Positions 1 through 27,548 are shown, counted from the first letter of the stretch. The stretch is DNA of 64,000 nt from Tubiluchus corallicola (GCA_030141605.1 JAQGDQ010000615.1:63693-127692); one strand, 5' to 3'. Numbers and translations are program-made. The notes: generated from the letters alone by a model not told the origin.

Positions 1-27
1 GACAGGCAAAAATTATCAGCACTATCA

Positions 28-275
28 GCGTCACCATTATCGTCATCTTTATCATCCTCATCAATTATCATCGTCGTCGTCGTCGTCCTCGACATCATCA
101 TCATCATCATTATCATTATAATGGTCGTCGTCGTCTTCATCGTCATCATCATCATCATCGTCATCGTCATCATCATCATCATCATCATTATCACTATAAT
201 GGCCGTCATCGTCTTCATCGTCATCATTATCATCCTCGTCAATTATCATCGTCGTCGTCTTCCTCATCGTCCTCG

Positions 276-309
<34 letters not shown>

Positions 310-375
310 TATCATCATTATAACAACAACAACAACCACCATCACCTCCACAACAACAACATCGTAACCAATAAT
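28..375. repeat. (CAT/CGT)n trinucleotide microsatellite in a sulfotransferase intron
   Basis: Directly visible; it explains the poly-D/H/I ORFs in the track. Confidence 0.95.
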
Positions 376-411
376 TATTACCAGTTTTTCTAACTACTTT
401 CTGTGTTCTAG

Positions 412-1724
<1,313 letters not shown>

Positions 1725-2166
1725 TTGGTTAATGTTTATGCTTGTTATTGTGTATTTTAGTAACTTGTTAAGTTATATATAGTTTTAATGCATCAAAGAC
1801 TGTCCAGTTTAATGATAAGTGATAGTGTAAATGGACAGTTGATATAAATATTAGCCTCAAGACCGGAAAAACGAGAATGTAAAAATGACTGGGCTTAGCC
1901 TTGAACCCCAGGATTTTGAAAGTTGGGATACTCATATCTTGCTTGCTTATCCAGGTTTAGTAATGCAAAGTTTCTCTTGTTAATCTGCATTTTCATTTAT
2001 GTTTTTTATTGGATTTTAATATTTGTAATTCATTAACTATAACCGACTCATCATTAGCTGACGATCCATCATTGTCTGAAGCATCAACGCAATTAGTTTT
2101 GCTGTCAGAAATGAAGTGAAACGCATTGAAACCAAACCAGAGATGTCGAAGCTTTTACCACTTAGC

Positions 2167-2674
2167 TGGCCCTGTGGGTCAACTGACATAGCTCGTGTCA
2201 TGGCCCTGTAGGTCAACTGACATTGCTCGTGTCATGGCCCTGTAGGTCAACTGACATTGCTCGTGTCATGGCCCTGTAGGTCAACTGACATAGCTCGTGT
2301 CATGGCCCTGTAGGTCAACTGACTTTGCTCGTGTCATGGCCCTGTAGGTCAACTGACATAGCTCGTGTCATGGCCCTGTAGGTCAACTGACATAGCTCGT
2401 GTCATGGCCCTGTAGGTCAACTGACATAGCTCGTGTCATGGCCCTGTAGGTCAACTGACATAGCTCGTGTCATGGCCCTGTGGGTCAACTGACATAGCTC
2501 GTGTCATGGCCCTGTGGGTCAACTGACATAGCTCATGTCATGGCCCTGTGGGTCAACTGACATAGCTCGTGTCATGGCCCTGTAGGTCAACTGACATAGC
2601 TCGTGTCATGGCCCTGTAGGTCAACTGACATAGCTCGTGTCATGGCCCTGTAGGTCAACTGACATAGCTCATGT
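2167..2674. repeat. 34-bp minisatellite, about 15 copies
   Basis: Unit TGGCCCTGTAGGTCAACTGACATAGCTCGTGTCA, near-identical copies, no spacers. Confidence 0.97.
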
Positions 2675-4399
2675 TAGAGGGAAAAAGCGACATATCTGTC
2701 TGCTTTTAATTGGTGTAGCAAGTAAATTTACTGTGATTCGATGATCATAATAAATGTAAAGTGGATGAGGATTTTAAAAATAAACACTTTGTTTACTGCT
2801 GTAACTACCCTGGTTTAGGCCCCACTTATAGAGTTATTTATGTACGAACCATGTATTTACACTGTTGTTTTATTGAGTAGTTTTAAAACGTATACTTAGA
2901 GGCCTATAAGATATTTTTAAAATGATCATTTGACCTTTATAAGTACAGTTTATATTATCATAACAATCGGCTATTACAAATTAAATCGTTAGTCTATAGC
3001 TGATATAGGCATGTTTAAGAAGAATAAAAAGTTTTTTAGTTTCTTACGTATTGGGAGTTTTTGTGTTTAGTTAACTTGAATAAAATGTGGTACCAATTTT
3101 TTATTATTGCCCCATAATAATCCGAATTAAAGGTTTTGTTTTTCCTTAATGATTGCATTGATTAGTGACAGTAAATTTTACTATTCCGCAAGAAACTAAT
3201 GGCTTATAGAACTTAACGCTCAAAAAATAGTTCAAACCCTAGTTGTAAAATCGCCTTATTCAGATTGGCAACGATACTTCCCCCGGAATCCACAAACATG
3301 GATTCGTACATTCAACCGCCATTACGAACGCAGTACTTAAGCGAATTTAGTCGTGTAATACACGGTTAGAACGCCCGTGAAATTCTCTATCTAACCGTAT
3401 ATAGTTTGTTAATAGGTAACTTAACGCTCAAAAAATATATGGCTAAAAAAAGTCTACAACTTGATATCGGCAGACAGAACAAAACTGAAATGAACAAGAA
3501 ACATTTTAGCTAAAGGCGTATTCACATGTTTACGGAGCATGCCGTCGTTCTATATTATAGCTGCAATTGTAATTATCGTCTGGTTTTCACCACGTATATT
3601 TTCAGTTTTGTTCCGATACACCATGACTTCAGAGCTAAGAGGTTTGTAAGTATTGTAATTAAATTCAACACAGAAAGGCAACGCGGAAAATTGCAAAGCT
3701 TTTTTACTCAATTATAGGCTTGTATAAAAACTGTTAGCATTGCTGCAGGGCATTCTAGTCAGATGACTCTGCAGACTGCTCACTACACGCACACTCAAAC
3801 ACTATCTACATAACTAACTGTTATATAAGAACGCGGATATAATGCTTTGATGGTGTTAAACTTTAATTAACTTCTAAGCTAAAGTAAGCTTTTTTTCTAA
3901 AACACTTTTGTACACTACAAAGCTACAATTAACCAGTTAATGGCAGGACCTACCTAAGGAAGGACCGTAATTTAGCTCACTAATTATAAAAGATAATCTT
4001 CTCAGATGCGACACAGTGGCATCTATACATTTGAATGTTCACACATCTTTCCTGCGATAAACGCACACAGTCAGCATAACTATCAGAAGCAAATCTTTCA
4101 GCCGTCACCCATCCATATAGTGGCTGAGCCCAACTTTGTTTAACTTAATTCAACGATTTTCCTGCAGGTTCGCTGGATTTCCTAGTTTATTTTTTGTTAA
4201 AATATATATGCTATACAAAAATATTTGTAGAACAATGATAGAAATAGTGAAAGCTCTACAAACTTTAACCTATTAAATATTAACAATAATAGTAATTTAT
4301 TGTTGTAAGCTTCCATTGAATACTTACCCATTGGAGTTACAATGCTATGCAGAATGTTGAGAAACTAAAAAATTTTCGCTCGTAAAATTTAAATTGTTA

Positions 4400-7347
4400 C
4401 CATCCGTTTCAATCATAATACCATTGAAAGGACGATTGCTATTATTAAAAATATTGGTAACTTGATAGTTAAAAAGAAAATTAAAATCAGGAATAAACGG
4501 AATTTTAACTTGAATTCATTTCTGGAGGATTTGCAAAATAAGATCCACCCTGTTGACTTTTCCGAAGTGCCATCTAATTCTGTCTTCTGTACCTTTTTCC
4601 AAATATATGAAGAAGTTCTTAATAAACATGCCCCACTTAAGACATTGTCAAGAACTGAAAAAGTAACTTTCTCCAAGCCATGGATAACTAAAGGTATTCT
4701 TGTGTCTATAAAAACTAAAAGTAGATTATACAAGGACTGTAAGACTACAACTAGTATCTTAAAAATTAATCAATATAAACAATTTTCTTATAAACTTAAT
4801 AATCTCATAAATGTAGCCAAAAGAAATTATTATTGTACTTTACTACATGATAATAAAACTATTATTAGAAAGACTTGGGCAACATTGAATGATTTGATCA
4901 ATGGACAAAACAAGCAGCGCATAACTCATAATAAATCATCATGAGATTACGGAACCCCCTGCTATCTGTGAATTCATGAATAATTATTTTGCATCTGTTG
5001 GTTCTGATATGGCAAAAAAGTACCACCTACTCCAATAACATTTGATTCTTTCCTTAGAATGCCTAATCAGAATTCCTTCTTTCTTACGTCAATTATCGAA
5101 TACGAAGTTTCTTCTGCTATTGCTGCATTAAAAACCAATAAATCAGCAAGACCCGCAAACATCTCGAATCAGTTTTTTAAAATTTCACAGTCCATTATTA
5201 CTCCATTATTAACTATGCTGTTCAATAAATGTGTAGAAGAGGGTATCTATCCTGACGTGTTGAAAATTGCAAAAATAATCCCGATTTACAAATCTGATTC
5301 CCCCATTAATCCCACTAATTATAGGCCAATATCTCTCTTATCTCCCATATCAAAGATTTTTGAAAAATTAATTTACTCTAGGCTAGCTAAATTTCTTTTA
5401 AAAGAACAAATTTTAACTAAATTCCAATTTGGATTCAGAAAATATCATTCTACATCTTTAGTTGTGTCAGAAATAATTGAAAACTTTTTAGCCAATACTG
5501 ATAAGGGAAAAACCACTTGTGCTATATTTTTAGATTTATCGAAAGCATTCGACACGGTACAACATGACATATTGTTATATAAGTTATCCCTCATTGGGCG
5601 TCCTCTTGCACTTTTCACGTCTTACCTTACTAATAGGAAACAGTTTACGTCTATTGACTCATCAGAGTTTAAACTTGCTAATATAACCTGTGGTGTCCAA
5701 CAGGGTTCTACATTGGGTCCATTGTTATTTTTTTTATATATAAATGATCTGCCATCTTGTTCGCAATTTAATACCAGATTGTTAGCAGACGATACAAACC
5801 TATTTTTATCACACCAAAATGTCAAAACAATAGAACATTCAGTAAATGTGGAACTGGACAATATTAATAAATGGATGCAAGCAAATAAGCTATCGATAAA
5901 TTATAAAAAAACAAAATATATGTTAATTGGAAACAAGCAACATAACAATAGTTTAAACATAAACATGGGAGGTTGTAATTTTCAATCTACCCAAAAATCA
6001 AATATCTCGGTATATTTATAGATAGTAGAATTACTTGGAAAACACATGTACAGCATATAGTCAACAAAATAAGTAAATTAAGTGGTGTATTAGCTAGAAT
6101 ACGACACTACATAAATGTAAATGCTCTTATGTTCAAGAGCTGTAATTACGGCTCTTATATTCTTCTCTTGTCACGCCATATCTGAGTTATGGCATTCTCT
6201 CCTGGGGTAGTGCTTCAGTATCGGTCTTAAAATCATTGGTTTCTAAACAAAACAAGATTATCAAACTTATAATATTTACCAGTAAAAAGAGGACATGGCA
6301 CCTTTGTATTTGCAATTAAATCTACTAAAAGTACATGATCTGTATAAATTAGAATTGCTCAAGTTTGTTTATATATATATTCAAAAATAATTCACTCCCG
6401 GATCTCTTCAGCAATTATTATACTTCAGCATGTCACATGCATCACCACTCTACTAGGTTTGCTACCACCCAATCTTATTTTATTGAAAGATTTAATTCAT
6501 CTAAAGGCCAAAATTCTTTAAAACACCAAGGATCTTTCCTGTGGAATTCATTATCGGATCAATTAAAGTCAAGTAACTACAAAAAGTTAATTCTAAACTA
6601 TAAAAAACAACTTATTGCAGGATACAAATGAATGAGAATTTTACTTATGTACTTGTAATACTATACATATTTTTTTCATTGTTACGACGCTTTAAGTTTT
6701 TGTTTAAGTTTTTGCTACATTTTGATTTCATTTTGTCTGATTTACAGTTGATTTAGTTTTTCGATGGTTTAATTTATTATATTTTCTTTCTCGACAGCTT
6801 CAGTCATTGATGTTATTATTACAACATTTCAGTTTTGCTTTTTCTTATTTGCTTCTGTTTTTTTGTTTTGTTTTGTATGATTTATATTTACCTTATTTTT
6901 CCTTGGTTTAATTTATTATATTCTTTTTCTCGACATCTTTGGTTGATCATTCTACAGTTTTTTGTTTTTTCGTCGGATTTTGAAGTTAATGCTCAAATTA
7001 TGCATTTTCTGTTATGTTGAAATTTTAAGTTATTTTTTTATTTTGTTTGCTTCACATGATTCACAGTATTTTAGAATTGTAAATTTTTGGTTATTTAAAT
7101 TATAATGTTCTACAGTATTGCGTTTCCCATCAGTTAATTGCCAATTACACACGTCAACCGAATACAAATTTAAATTGAGATCGGTGCCAAAATTAATTTT
7201 ATTTAATCCTAGCTATTTAAGGGTGGGTGACTAGATAACTTACGAGTTCTTCGCTGCCCTTCTCCTTTGTTACGTAATATTGCATGTATTCCCGATACTG
7301 TATTTTGATCATTCTTGCGGAGTTAATAAATAAATTGAATTGAATTG
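4400..7347 (+). mobile_element. 5'-truncated, frameshifted non-LTR retrotransposon (CR1/L2/Crack group) ORF2 with 3' UTR
   Basis: ORFs 4462-4944, 5059-6021 and 6365-6631 carry PWIT, NYRPISLL, QFGFR, FLDLSKAFDTV, GVQQGSTLGP and LADD reverse transcriptase motifs. The element ends in a hairpin, AATAAA and an (ATTGA)n tail near 7345. Confidence 0.93.
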
Positions 7348-8255
7348 TAGATAATTGTTCACATAGCTGATGCTGATAAGTAACGAATTTTTCCATAGAT
7401 CATCTGATCTAGTTTTATAAAATAGATCGATCATTAGTTTGTTTATGGTTTATGATGCTAAACCATTTATAGTGTCGTAGGAATAACTGTGAGGAAGCAG
7501 GTTGGTTTTCCAAGCAGGGAAGTTGATGGTTCAATTTCATGGTCGAGTAACAACAAAGATTTGAAAAATCGTACCGCTGGTACTTCGTCCAAACACACGT
7601 GGCTTAATCAGAGTAACATGCAGTCAGATAATAATAATCACGTCATGTAGATTGAGATTGTTAATCCCAGCGAAAAGCTTTGAAGCTTACGTTAATTACT
7701 GATATCTACACCGACTTTAAAAAAAGATTATTTCTTCTTATCAACAACAACACGGCGTTTCATTTAGCCTTTTTTTCGGTTCAATTCTTTGACTCAAGCA
7801 ACGTCATTACTTGTTAAAATTTCCTCGTTTAATCTTTCTTTTGTTTACTAGACGGTGCAAGATTTACATTTAAAAAATAGTGCGTTTTACATATTTTGAA
7901 AAACGACGTAAACAAAATAGCAAAATGGAATTTTACAGACGCTTTTACGCGTAGTTCTAAACTTTTTTTATGTTCAACAATAAATCACCTGCTGACAAAA
8001 GACGACACGTAGGATGACACTCGTTTTGCATCAGAGAAGGAACCAGAATCTAATTACCAGCGGAACAAGGTCACTAGAGCTAGAGCAAGGTACATGTAAA
8101 GTGTTTTTAATGATATGCAGTCAGTACCTCAAAAGCTGCCGTCCAGAAAGGTGAACTAACGCTGTGCAATTTGCCTGAAACTATAGCTTCTGATAACCAC
8201 GAATCAGCAGGTTGCTCGAAGCATAAACTCACATTACACACTAGTCTGGTACAAC

Positions 8256-20134
<11,879 letters not shown>

Positions 20135-22899
20135 GAACTAAGCAATCAACAGAAAAATGGCGAGAACAGTTTCTGAGGGATTCCACAGATGATTTTAAAA
20201 CATTCAAACTTTGTATTGGTGCTATGTGAATCAGAAATCGTTTTTAAAAATGCAGCTGGCGACTTTGATAATTGAATCCGAGTGAACTAAAAGAAGCCAG
20301 CTGAAGCATGTTCAACCGACTTCTCTTAACAATTATTATTTTTTCCCGCAAAGACACAAACCGGTTAGTTATATCACGTATGATGTTACTAGTGTAATTA
20401 TTCTGTCTTAGGACAGGTTTACGCTTTTTGTCAGCGCTTAAGATTAAGTGAACAAGACAGTTTTTAACTTCAGATTGTAAAATAGTTGTCTGGCACAGAA
20501 AAGTTTAGATTTTCACAGCAAATTACCGACAGGTACTTGATGTACTGCTAACAAAAGCAAGTCGAGCAATGCTTGTTGCAGTTTACTGGGGTGACGCAGC
20601 TGCTTGACAACGATAACATAATAGTAAGCAGTTCATCCAGTAGATAGCAGCACGTGATGCATGGCACCGCATTAAATTTTCAAACAAACATTCACAGTGT
20701 ATCATAGTACAGTTACATTTAAAAGACTACATTGTTATTGTTGTAGTTATGTTTTGTACTTAAAATTATTCAAAAGTTGGCCTAAATACTCTGGTTATTA
20801 ATTCGAGTTTTTGCAGTTTTAGCACAATTATTATTTTACAAAATTTATGAATTTACAAGGTCTAATCGTACCATACAAAAGCATTAACAAGATTATATCA
20901 AGGAATGATGACTTAAACTTACTACCAGTTTTATAATCTTAACTGTAAGTGTAAACTAACAAAATTTTCGAGCAAGAGGTCTAGTCTCGTTACTTTCCTT
21001 GCTTGTTTTTTTCCCAATAATGAACTGGTGTGATGAAATTTTTTATGTGAAAACCTTTCTTACTGATTTGGGAATAATGTTTGCTAACGCCATGCTAACA
21101 TCATGGGGAGAATCGCATTCTGACATTCACAGCTGGTGTAATAATTTATTATGATTTTAGTCTATGTAATCCCGAAACCACAGATGCACAGTTAACAACA
21201 TTATTGATGTACTTTGTTGAGGTAAACTGACGATTATTGTCGTTTCATAAAATATTATAGTGATCAGCAAACTAATCCCTTGATAATTAAATGAATCATT
21301 GTATTGTTCATGTGGATGGCCTCATGTTTAAACACTGTCAATGTATGATAATTATGTATTATTGCGTGTTATTTGTTTATTGTTTTTTTATATTTGACTA
21401 CTATTCGGGAATATAGCGTAACATATTATAACAGTGAAATGAGTTTGAAAGTTACACCTTGTAAATAGTATTATAAAATGGCCTCAATTTTTGTATATGT
21501 TACTTACACGGTTTCACGTGACACCTGCTATTTATGAAATATAACAGGCAGTAGTAGTAACAGTAGTAATGATTTTGTCTTAAACTAGAATACAGTAAAA
21601 TAATAATTTTCTTGGTAATTGTTAAAGTTACATTTCTTAAAGACAAATGCATCCCGCAAGGTGTTTGCATTCTAGGTTGTTTGATTGTCGTGTGATTGAT
21701 GTAATAATAATTAATCTGATAATCTGTCCTACACTATTTTTGAGTGAGCTATAAAAGCTTTATATTATTAGGAAAGCTGGTAGAACTTGTACTAATTTTG
21801 ATTTTTAATGGCCTCAGTCGATAATGTCTTATTTTAAAGCTGTTTATTTATTGTTTAGTCTTTTACTGTCTATGTATCTATTTTAGTGTTCAATATAAGT
21901 CAGTCTAGTGTTAATATCACAAAATATGTGCCTCGATAAAATAAATTATTTATACTGTACTGCTTTTGAAGGTGTTTTTTGTATGCTGTACATGTACTGA
22001 AAAGCCAGGTTGACATATTTGGAACTACAGCACATTTGGAGGAAAATTGAAACAGAGAAAGACAGACAGATTTGTAGGACGTAGGTATTTTTAAACATCA
22101 ATTTTATTGCAGTTTGCCAATTTACACAGCAGCATACCAGACAGACTAACAAAATTCTATTAGTAAAATTCCATACAATGTGAATAGATGGCACATTATT
22201 ATTGGTATACATGCAACCAGGAAAATATTTATAGCACCATGCAACTTGTTAGCTGGAATATAACATGTGATGGTTTGATAACAACAAACTTTTAATGTTC
22301 GATGTTCGTGGCAGAATTGGAGCCTATTTCTATATCGAATTCAATTGTGCTATTTTAATGAAATACAATGAACTGAGAGATTTGTCCCACCTGCGTTCGG
22401 ATGCCTATAATAATCATCTTCACGAAAATTTAGTGAAAAATATAGCTGGAGTGAAGGCAGTACTCCCAAGACAGGTAAACACAGCAGTAATCCAGTAAAA
22501 AATTAAACACTACTATACCCTCTGTTATTTTTAAAGTTTACCTACCCAATGTCTGCAATAGATGCAATGGGCATATGATAATGATGAAGGCACGCAAAGC
22601 TGTACAGGGCAGTTCTCCTGGTGGCAAAGATATTTGTTGCTGTTTATTGTTTAACTATCAAAATCAAATACAAGCCAATAACCACTCAACTAGTCATCTC
22701 TCCCCACAAAACAGTGCTAAATTAAATACAACATAAGCATATGTCAGTTAATTGTTCATGCAATTAGTACAATAGTATTAATATTAAAAACTATTTTATT
22801 AAACGATGATTGATTTTTTTAATTCAAAATCTACATAATTTCCCAGATGCTTCAACCATCAAAAATTATGGCGAATTGTAAATAAATTCATAATTGTGG

Positions 22900-23665
22900 T
22901 TAAGTACCTTAAATAGGGCCTCTTAAAACTGAATGATATCTACAAACTCGAGCTTGCAAAATTAGTATACAAATTTAAGAATAACTTACTATCAGAATTG
23001 TTTCTAAATTACTATACGCCAGCATCTGACATTCACAGTTACAACACTAGGTTCTACTAGCAGTTCTTTCTTCATCGAACGATTTAGTACATCTAAGGGT
23101 CAAAGGTCATTAAAAAGTCAGGGATCAGTATTATGGAACTCCCTACCTGCACATATAACTCCTTTACCTCTGCATTCACTAAATAAACAGTACGCTAAGG
23201 CACTTCTTGAATCTTACGTGTAAATCTATTTTTTGTCTATTAGATGTACATTCTTGTGGTAATTTTTGCTGAAAAGCAATTTTTTTATAAAGTGCAAACT
23301 CACTTTCTATAATGAACATGCTTCTTATATTACAGCCAACACTGTCAGCAAAATGGACATAATGATTTCACTCAGAAACAATTTGTGAGGTATTTTTAAT
23401 GAGTTGCTTAGTAGTTCATACATTTGTCATGGTTTTTGATTTTTGTTTTTTTGCTGTTGTTGTATTTTTGTTTTTGCATTTCTGCACGTTTATGTATTTT
23501 TTAATATAGTTGTGTCTGCTATCATTAGCGTCTTTTTGTTTCTGTCTTTTGAGAAGGGTGGTTGACTCGATAACCTTTGGGTTTTTGTCACCCTTTCTCC
23601 CATGTTCGTTTGTAAATATGTGTATTTTATTGTCAAATCATTGTAATTTATGGAGGAAAATAAAT
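22900..23665 (+). mobile_element. 3' fragment of a LINE related to the element at 4400-7347
   Basis: Encodes LKLNDIYKLELAKLVYKFKNNLL...HSYNTR, matching the ORF2 C-terminus of the first LINE, and has a similar 3'-terminal hairpin (AAGGGTGG.TGACT.GATAAC...CCCTT). Confidence 0.8.
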
Positions 23666-23842
23666 TACTATATATTACCTGATTAAATGTTTATTAATGA
23701 CAAGTTTATTTTAGATATTTTTGCAAGTGGCTGTTTAGCAAGCATGTTTCCTTTTCACATTTGTTCAAATCCAAAATGTCAATAGATCTTCCTGACGTGT
23801 CGTACGCCTTGGACCCACAGATAATTGTTGCGAAATACGCAG

Positions 23843-24202
23843 AAGGGTTGAGCATCGGATGTTCGGATCGAATTCGATTCGAACGCGTTTTTTAGTTCGA
23901 ATTCGATGTGAACCTAAAATTATAGATTCGAATAATTCAGCCCTTCGGCCACATGTACTTTATCATTTAAATGTTTGAAACAACATTCAAATAGCTCAAT
24001 TTTACTGCAATTTCTGTACAAAATTTTTAATAAACTAATAGTAGAACAAAATCAAGTACTATGATCTTTTTAAGACCTTTTTTTACTAGTGGTTCAAAAA
24101 TCTTTCAAATTCAATTCGAAATACTGAAAGTCGGTTCGATTCGAATTCGAAAGCCACATATTCGATTCGAATTCGCATTGTGGTAGAGGATGCTCACCCC
24201 TA
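23843..24202. mobile_element. hAT-type MITE with TTCGA-rich subterminal repeats
   Basis: TIR (T/A)AGGG(G/T)TGAGCATC; 8-bp TSD ATACGCAG at 23835-23842 and 24203-24210. Confidence 0.85.
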
Positions 24203-26174
24203 ATACGCAGTAATGTCAGAGCACTGGTATCAAATCTATGCTTAGACCCTTGGCATGGCTCGAAAACATCGAACAGAATTTTCGAAGATTTCTGGTATTG
24301 TTTGAGTGCAATGTTGCTAAAGCTGGCATAATAAGGAGTATAATTCGCTGGAGATAGTTAATTTTAAAACACGCTAAATGTCGCAGAGTGCCATGAATTT
24401 TCTACCTCTTAAGACAACGTCGACATTACTAACACACGTAGTTTTAACCTTTATTGTATTTCTTCGTGACCGAGCCTTACGTCACTATGTGGCACTGCAC
24501 ATTTTTAAGATGATCTACGAGTACGACTTCTACCTGATCTTTGCGCTTTATAGTTGAGTATCGGCCTTTCTGCTGCTTGTTACATTTTTTCAACGTATGC
24601 TTCGTTTAAGTTTATCACCATCCATGTTTTTGGCAATGAATATCAACTTGTAAAATTGTGTCTGCTTTCCATTGGGTTTTAGTTTGCCCGTAAGTATAAG
24701 CTTAGATTTAACACTGTATGTTGCCAAATGCATTAACAATTGTATGCCCACGTCTTTGAATGTTATTATATTAGTTTGTCTGTTGCAAATGACTTGATGT
24801 CAAGTTTTGTAACTAGCTTCACAAGAATTTGTTTTATGAATTGTTTATTATATCGTTTTGTTGTTACGTATCGTTTGTATTCTTGTATAATTTCTATTCT
24901 TTCTTATTTTCACTGTGTGTATGTTTGTATGTAGTGCATGCAGGGGCATATTAGCCAATAGGCTAACTAGGCTATAGCCTGGTGTACCAAAGTTTGATGG
25001 CGCTCAATTTTAAAAAAGATTATTATTCTCGGAAAATGTGCACCCGTTCATATTCATGTTAAACAAGCATTGTATAACACACCACAGGCAGTTACTGAGA
25101 CCAGTTGCTATATAAGTGGCATATAATCAACAAGTACAAGGTACTACACAACAATCAGTTGTCCAGCCTGCTTATATATATAAGTGCAGTTCATATACAC
25201 GTGATTATAATGACAATGTAGAAACTAGGTTAATAGTATTACTAATACACCACAAGTAATTGTTTAATCCATTCAGTACGTAACCAATCATAAATTCACA
25301 ATACAGATCTATCAGCTTAGGACGTCGTGAAGTCTTAATACTCCCGAGTATATGAATAAAATTAATATTTAATAGTATTAATAATAATGAAATGTAGGAT
25401 TTTGAGTTATAATTTCCAGTTCTAAGCATCAGATATGGCTTACGTAAGGAATGCTAAAGTCTAATCATGTGGAAATTTGAGGTATCTACAAACAGTTTTT
25501 TAACTCGTTGAGCCTACACAGCTGGAGAATATACAAACATTTACAAAGTGGCTACTTAGTTACTAGGTCTTTATTTACATACGTATCACAGATTGGTAAA
25601 AAATATGCTTGATTTTAAACAGACAGATACAGATAGAACCTGTTCTTAACATTCAAAACAACAGCTCTTCTGTGCTTGCTAACAAATTATGAGTGCCATC
25701 TAATGCGAGCACTGTAGTGTCTGCTTCTTTTGAAACACTAGTGGTATAGTTGTGTTGAAAAGAAAAATTCGTAATTTCCTTTATAATCACGGTGAAATTT
25801 TCTAGGATACACTTCCAGTCAAATTACGCAGTTCTAACAATGAGTGCTATAGATTAATTTTGGTCCATGTACAGAATGAATGTAATTCTTGTGGTAAGAA
25901 TAAAAAGAAATTCAAATCAATCTAGATACACATGTGTATATGTTAAGTAAAAGCATTTAAAGGATAGTAAGATATTGAATCGATATTGATGGCACTGTGC
26001 CAATGCTGTTCAATTCATCTGTTGGGCAGCATGGCACTGACAGCATTTGTTTTAAAATGTGAAGATGGTTAAAGTTGTTCTGTAATAATCTGAAACATAA
26101 TACTAATGTTTTTAATTGCTTTTCAGGGCGAATGCAATAGAATTCAAGTTTTTTTAAAGTGTTCCACATGTGTC

Positions 26175-27548
26175 ATGATGTGGAGCTGGAATTTCACCAT
26201 AATGCGAGTACTCCGTGCATTTTCCGTTCTTATGGGTGCTAGCCTGTGCTTTCTCCTAGTTCAAATCCTGCTTTCTAGATATCTAGGCAAGCACCCAAGC
26301 CCTCGTAATACCCAAGTGCTAGCATTAATTCATGGAATGAAGCAGCTGTCGATATCAACGAATTCTCATATATTCTTAGTGGATAAAGTGCTTTTAAAAC
26401 GGCTGCTCCACCAACCAGATCATGGATCAAATTTGTGTGAATTGTGCAATATCAATGGAATCTCTTTTGGAGTTATCCGCAAAATGAAATCACCTCTTAC
26501 TGAATCCCAGGTGGAAACGAACTTTGAAAATTTCAAAATTCAAATGATGAGCGAGAGATTACCTATGATTGACTGGAATAATGTCAGTGTTCCAGTTTTG
26601 CAGCATTTATTTTTGACTAAAAATGCTGCCTGGTTGCATCTGATCATATTTTACGAAGTAAAAGGTAAGTTTTTGTGGCAAGGAGGTGTTCCGCCGCACT
26701 TACCAAGTGCGAATGATGTTGTCCAGTATGGGTATAACAGGACAGAAGGTGTGTTTGATCCTTTTGACACCAAGTGGACAGAAATTGATGGGGTGCAATT
26801 TTTAGTACCTAAAGACATATCCAAATTTCTAAGAGAAAGTGAGCAGTCCAAGTTTATTTCCTGTAACTACTCGCAAGCAGAGACATTCTTTCAAAAATAT
26901 CCGAGGAACAACAGCGGAGAAGCATTGTACTTCAAAGCCAAAGTGCGACAGGTGATTCAGACAGGTACGCAAGCATTGAACAGCTTAGGTATTCCTTTCT
27001 GGATTAGCAGCGGTAATTGCCTAGGCTGGTTTCGGCAGTGTGACGTCATCCCTTACAGTGTTGACGTCGACTTTGGTGTGTTTGCGCAACATTACAACCC
27101 GCAGATAATTGACGCTTTTGTTGCTCGAGGCTTCTGGCTGCTCAGCATTTTTGGACGTCCTAATGACAGCTATGAACTGTCGCTTGTGTTTGGAGGTATC
27201 AAACTCGACATTTTCTTCTTCTACACGGATGGTGACATGGTCTGGAATGCTGCAACAGAGCACTCTACCGGCGAAATATTCAGATACGAGTTTCCGAAAT
27301 TTGACCTGTGCTGGTCAGAACTTTTGAGTCTCAAAGTCAGAGTGCCTTGTAATGCTCATAAATACGTAGAAGCAAATTATGGGAAAAATTGGTTCGAACC
27401 AATCAGAAACTGGCTGTGGTATGATAGTCCACCGAATGCCCGCAGGAGTGGATTTTGGCCGAAGTCCGAATGGAAAGAGGTGTTGCAAATGTTTCCACCA
27501 CCCGAAAACGAAGAAGATTATTTCAAAAATAGGAAAAAGGTGGTGTAA
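26175..27548 (+). CDS. FKTN: Fukutin (ribitol-5-phosphate transferase, LicD family), single coding exon, ~457 aa
   Basis: N-terminal type II transmembrane segment; FWISSGNCLGWFRQCDVIPYSVDVDFG (DxD motif), KLDIFFFY, FPKFDLCW, EANYG and SPPN match fukutin. A splice acceptor at ~26126 precedes the in-frame ATG at 26175. Confidence 0.92.
   Translation: MMWSWNFTIMRVLRAFSVLMGASLCFLLVQILLSRYLGKHPSPRNTQVLALIHGMKQLSISTNSHIFLVDKVLLKRLLHQPDHGSNLCELCNINGISFGVIRKMKSPLTESQVETNFENFKIQMMSERLPMIDWNNVSVPVLQHLFLTKNAAWLHLIIFYEVKGKFLWQGGVPPHLPSANDVVQYGYNRTEGVFDPFDTKWTEIDGVQFLVPKDISKFLRESEQSKFISCNYSQAETFFQKYPRNNSGEALYFKAKVRQVIQTGTQALNSLGIPFWISSGNCLGWFRQCDVIPYSVDVDFGVFAQHYNPQIIDAFVARGFWLLSIFGRPNDSYELSLVFGGIKLDIFFFYTDGDMVWNAATEHSTGEIFRYEFPKFDLCWSELLSLKVRVPCNAHKYVEANYGKNWFEPIRNWLWYDSPPNARRSGFWPKSEWKEVLQMFPPPENEEDYFKNRKKVV

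Noticed and set aside
2167-2674. CRISPR-like array (short palindromic repeats of 31-34 bp; also 27917-28258 and 51920-52317)
   Set aside because: Units are head-to-tail with no unique spacers, there are no cas genes, and the context is eukaryotic.
7490-7580. tRNA gene
   Set aside because: Only a degenerate B-box-like GGTTCAATT is present and no cloverleaf forms; at most an old tRNA-SINE remnant.
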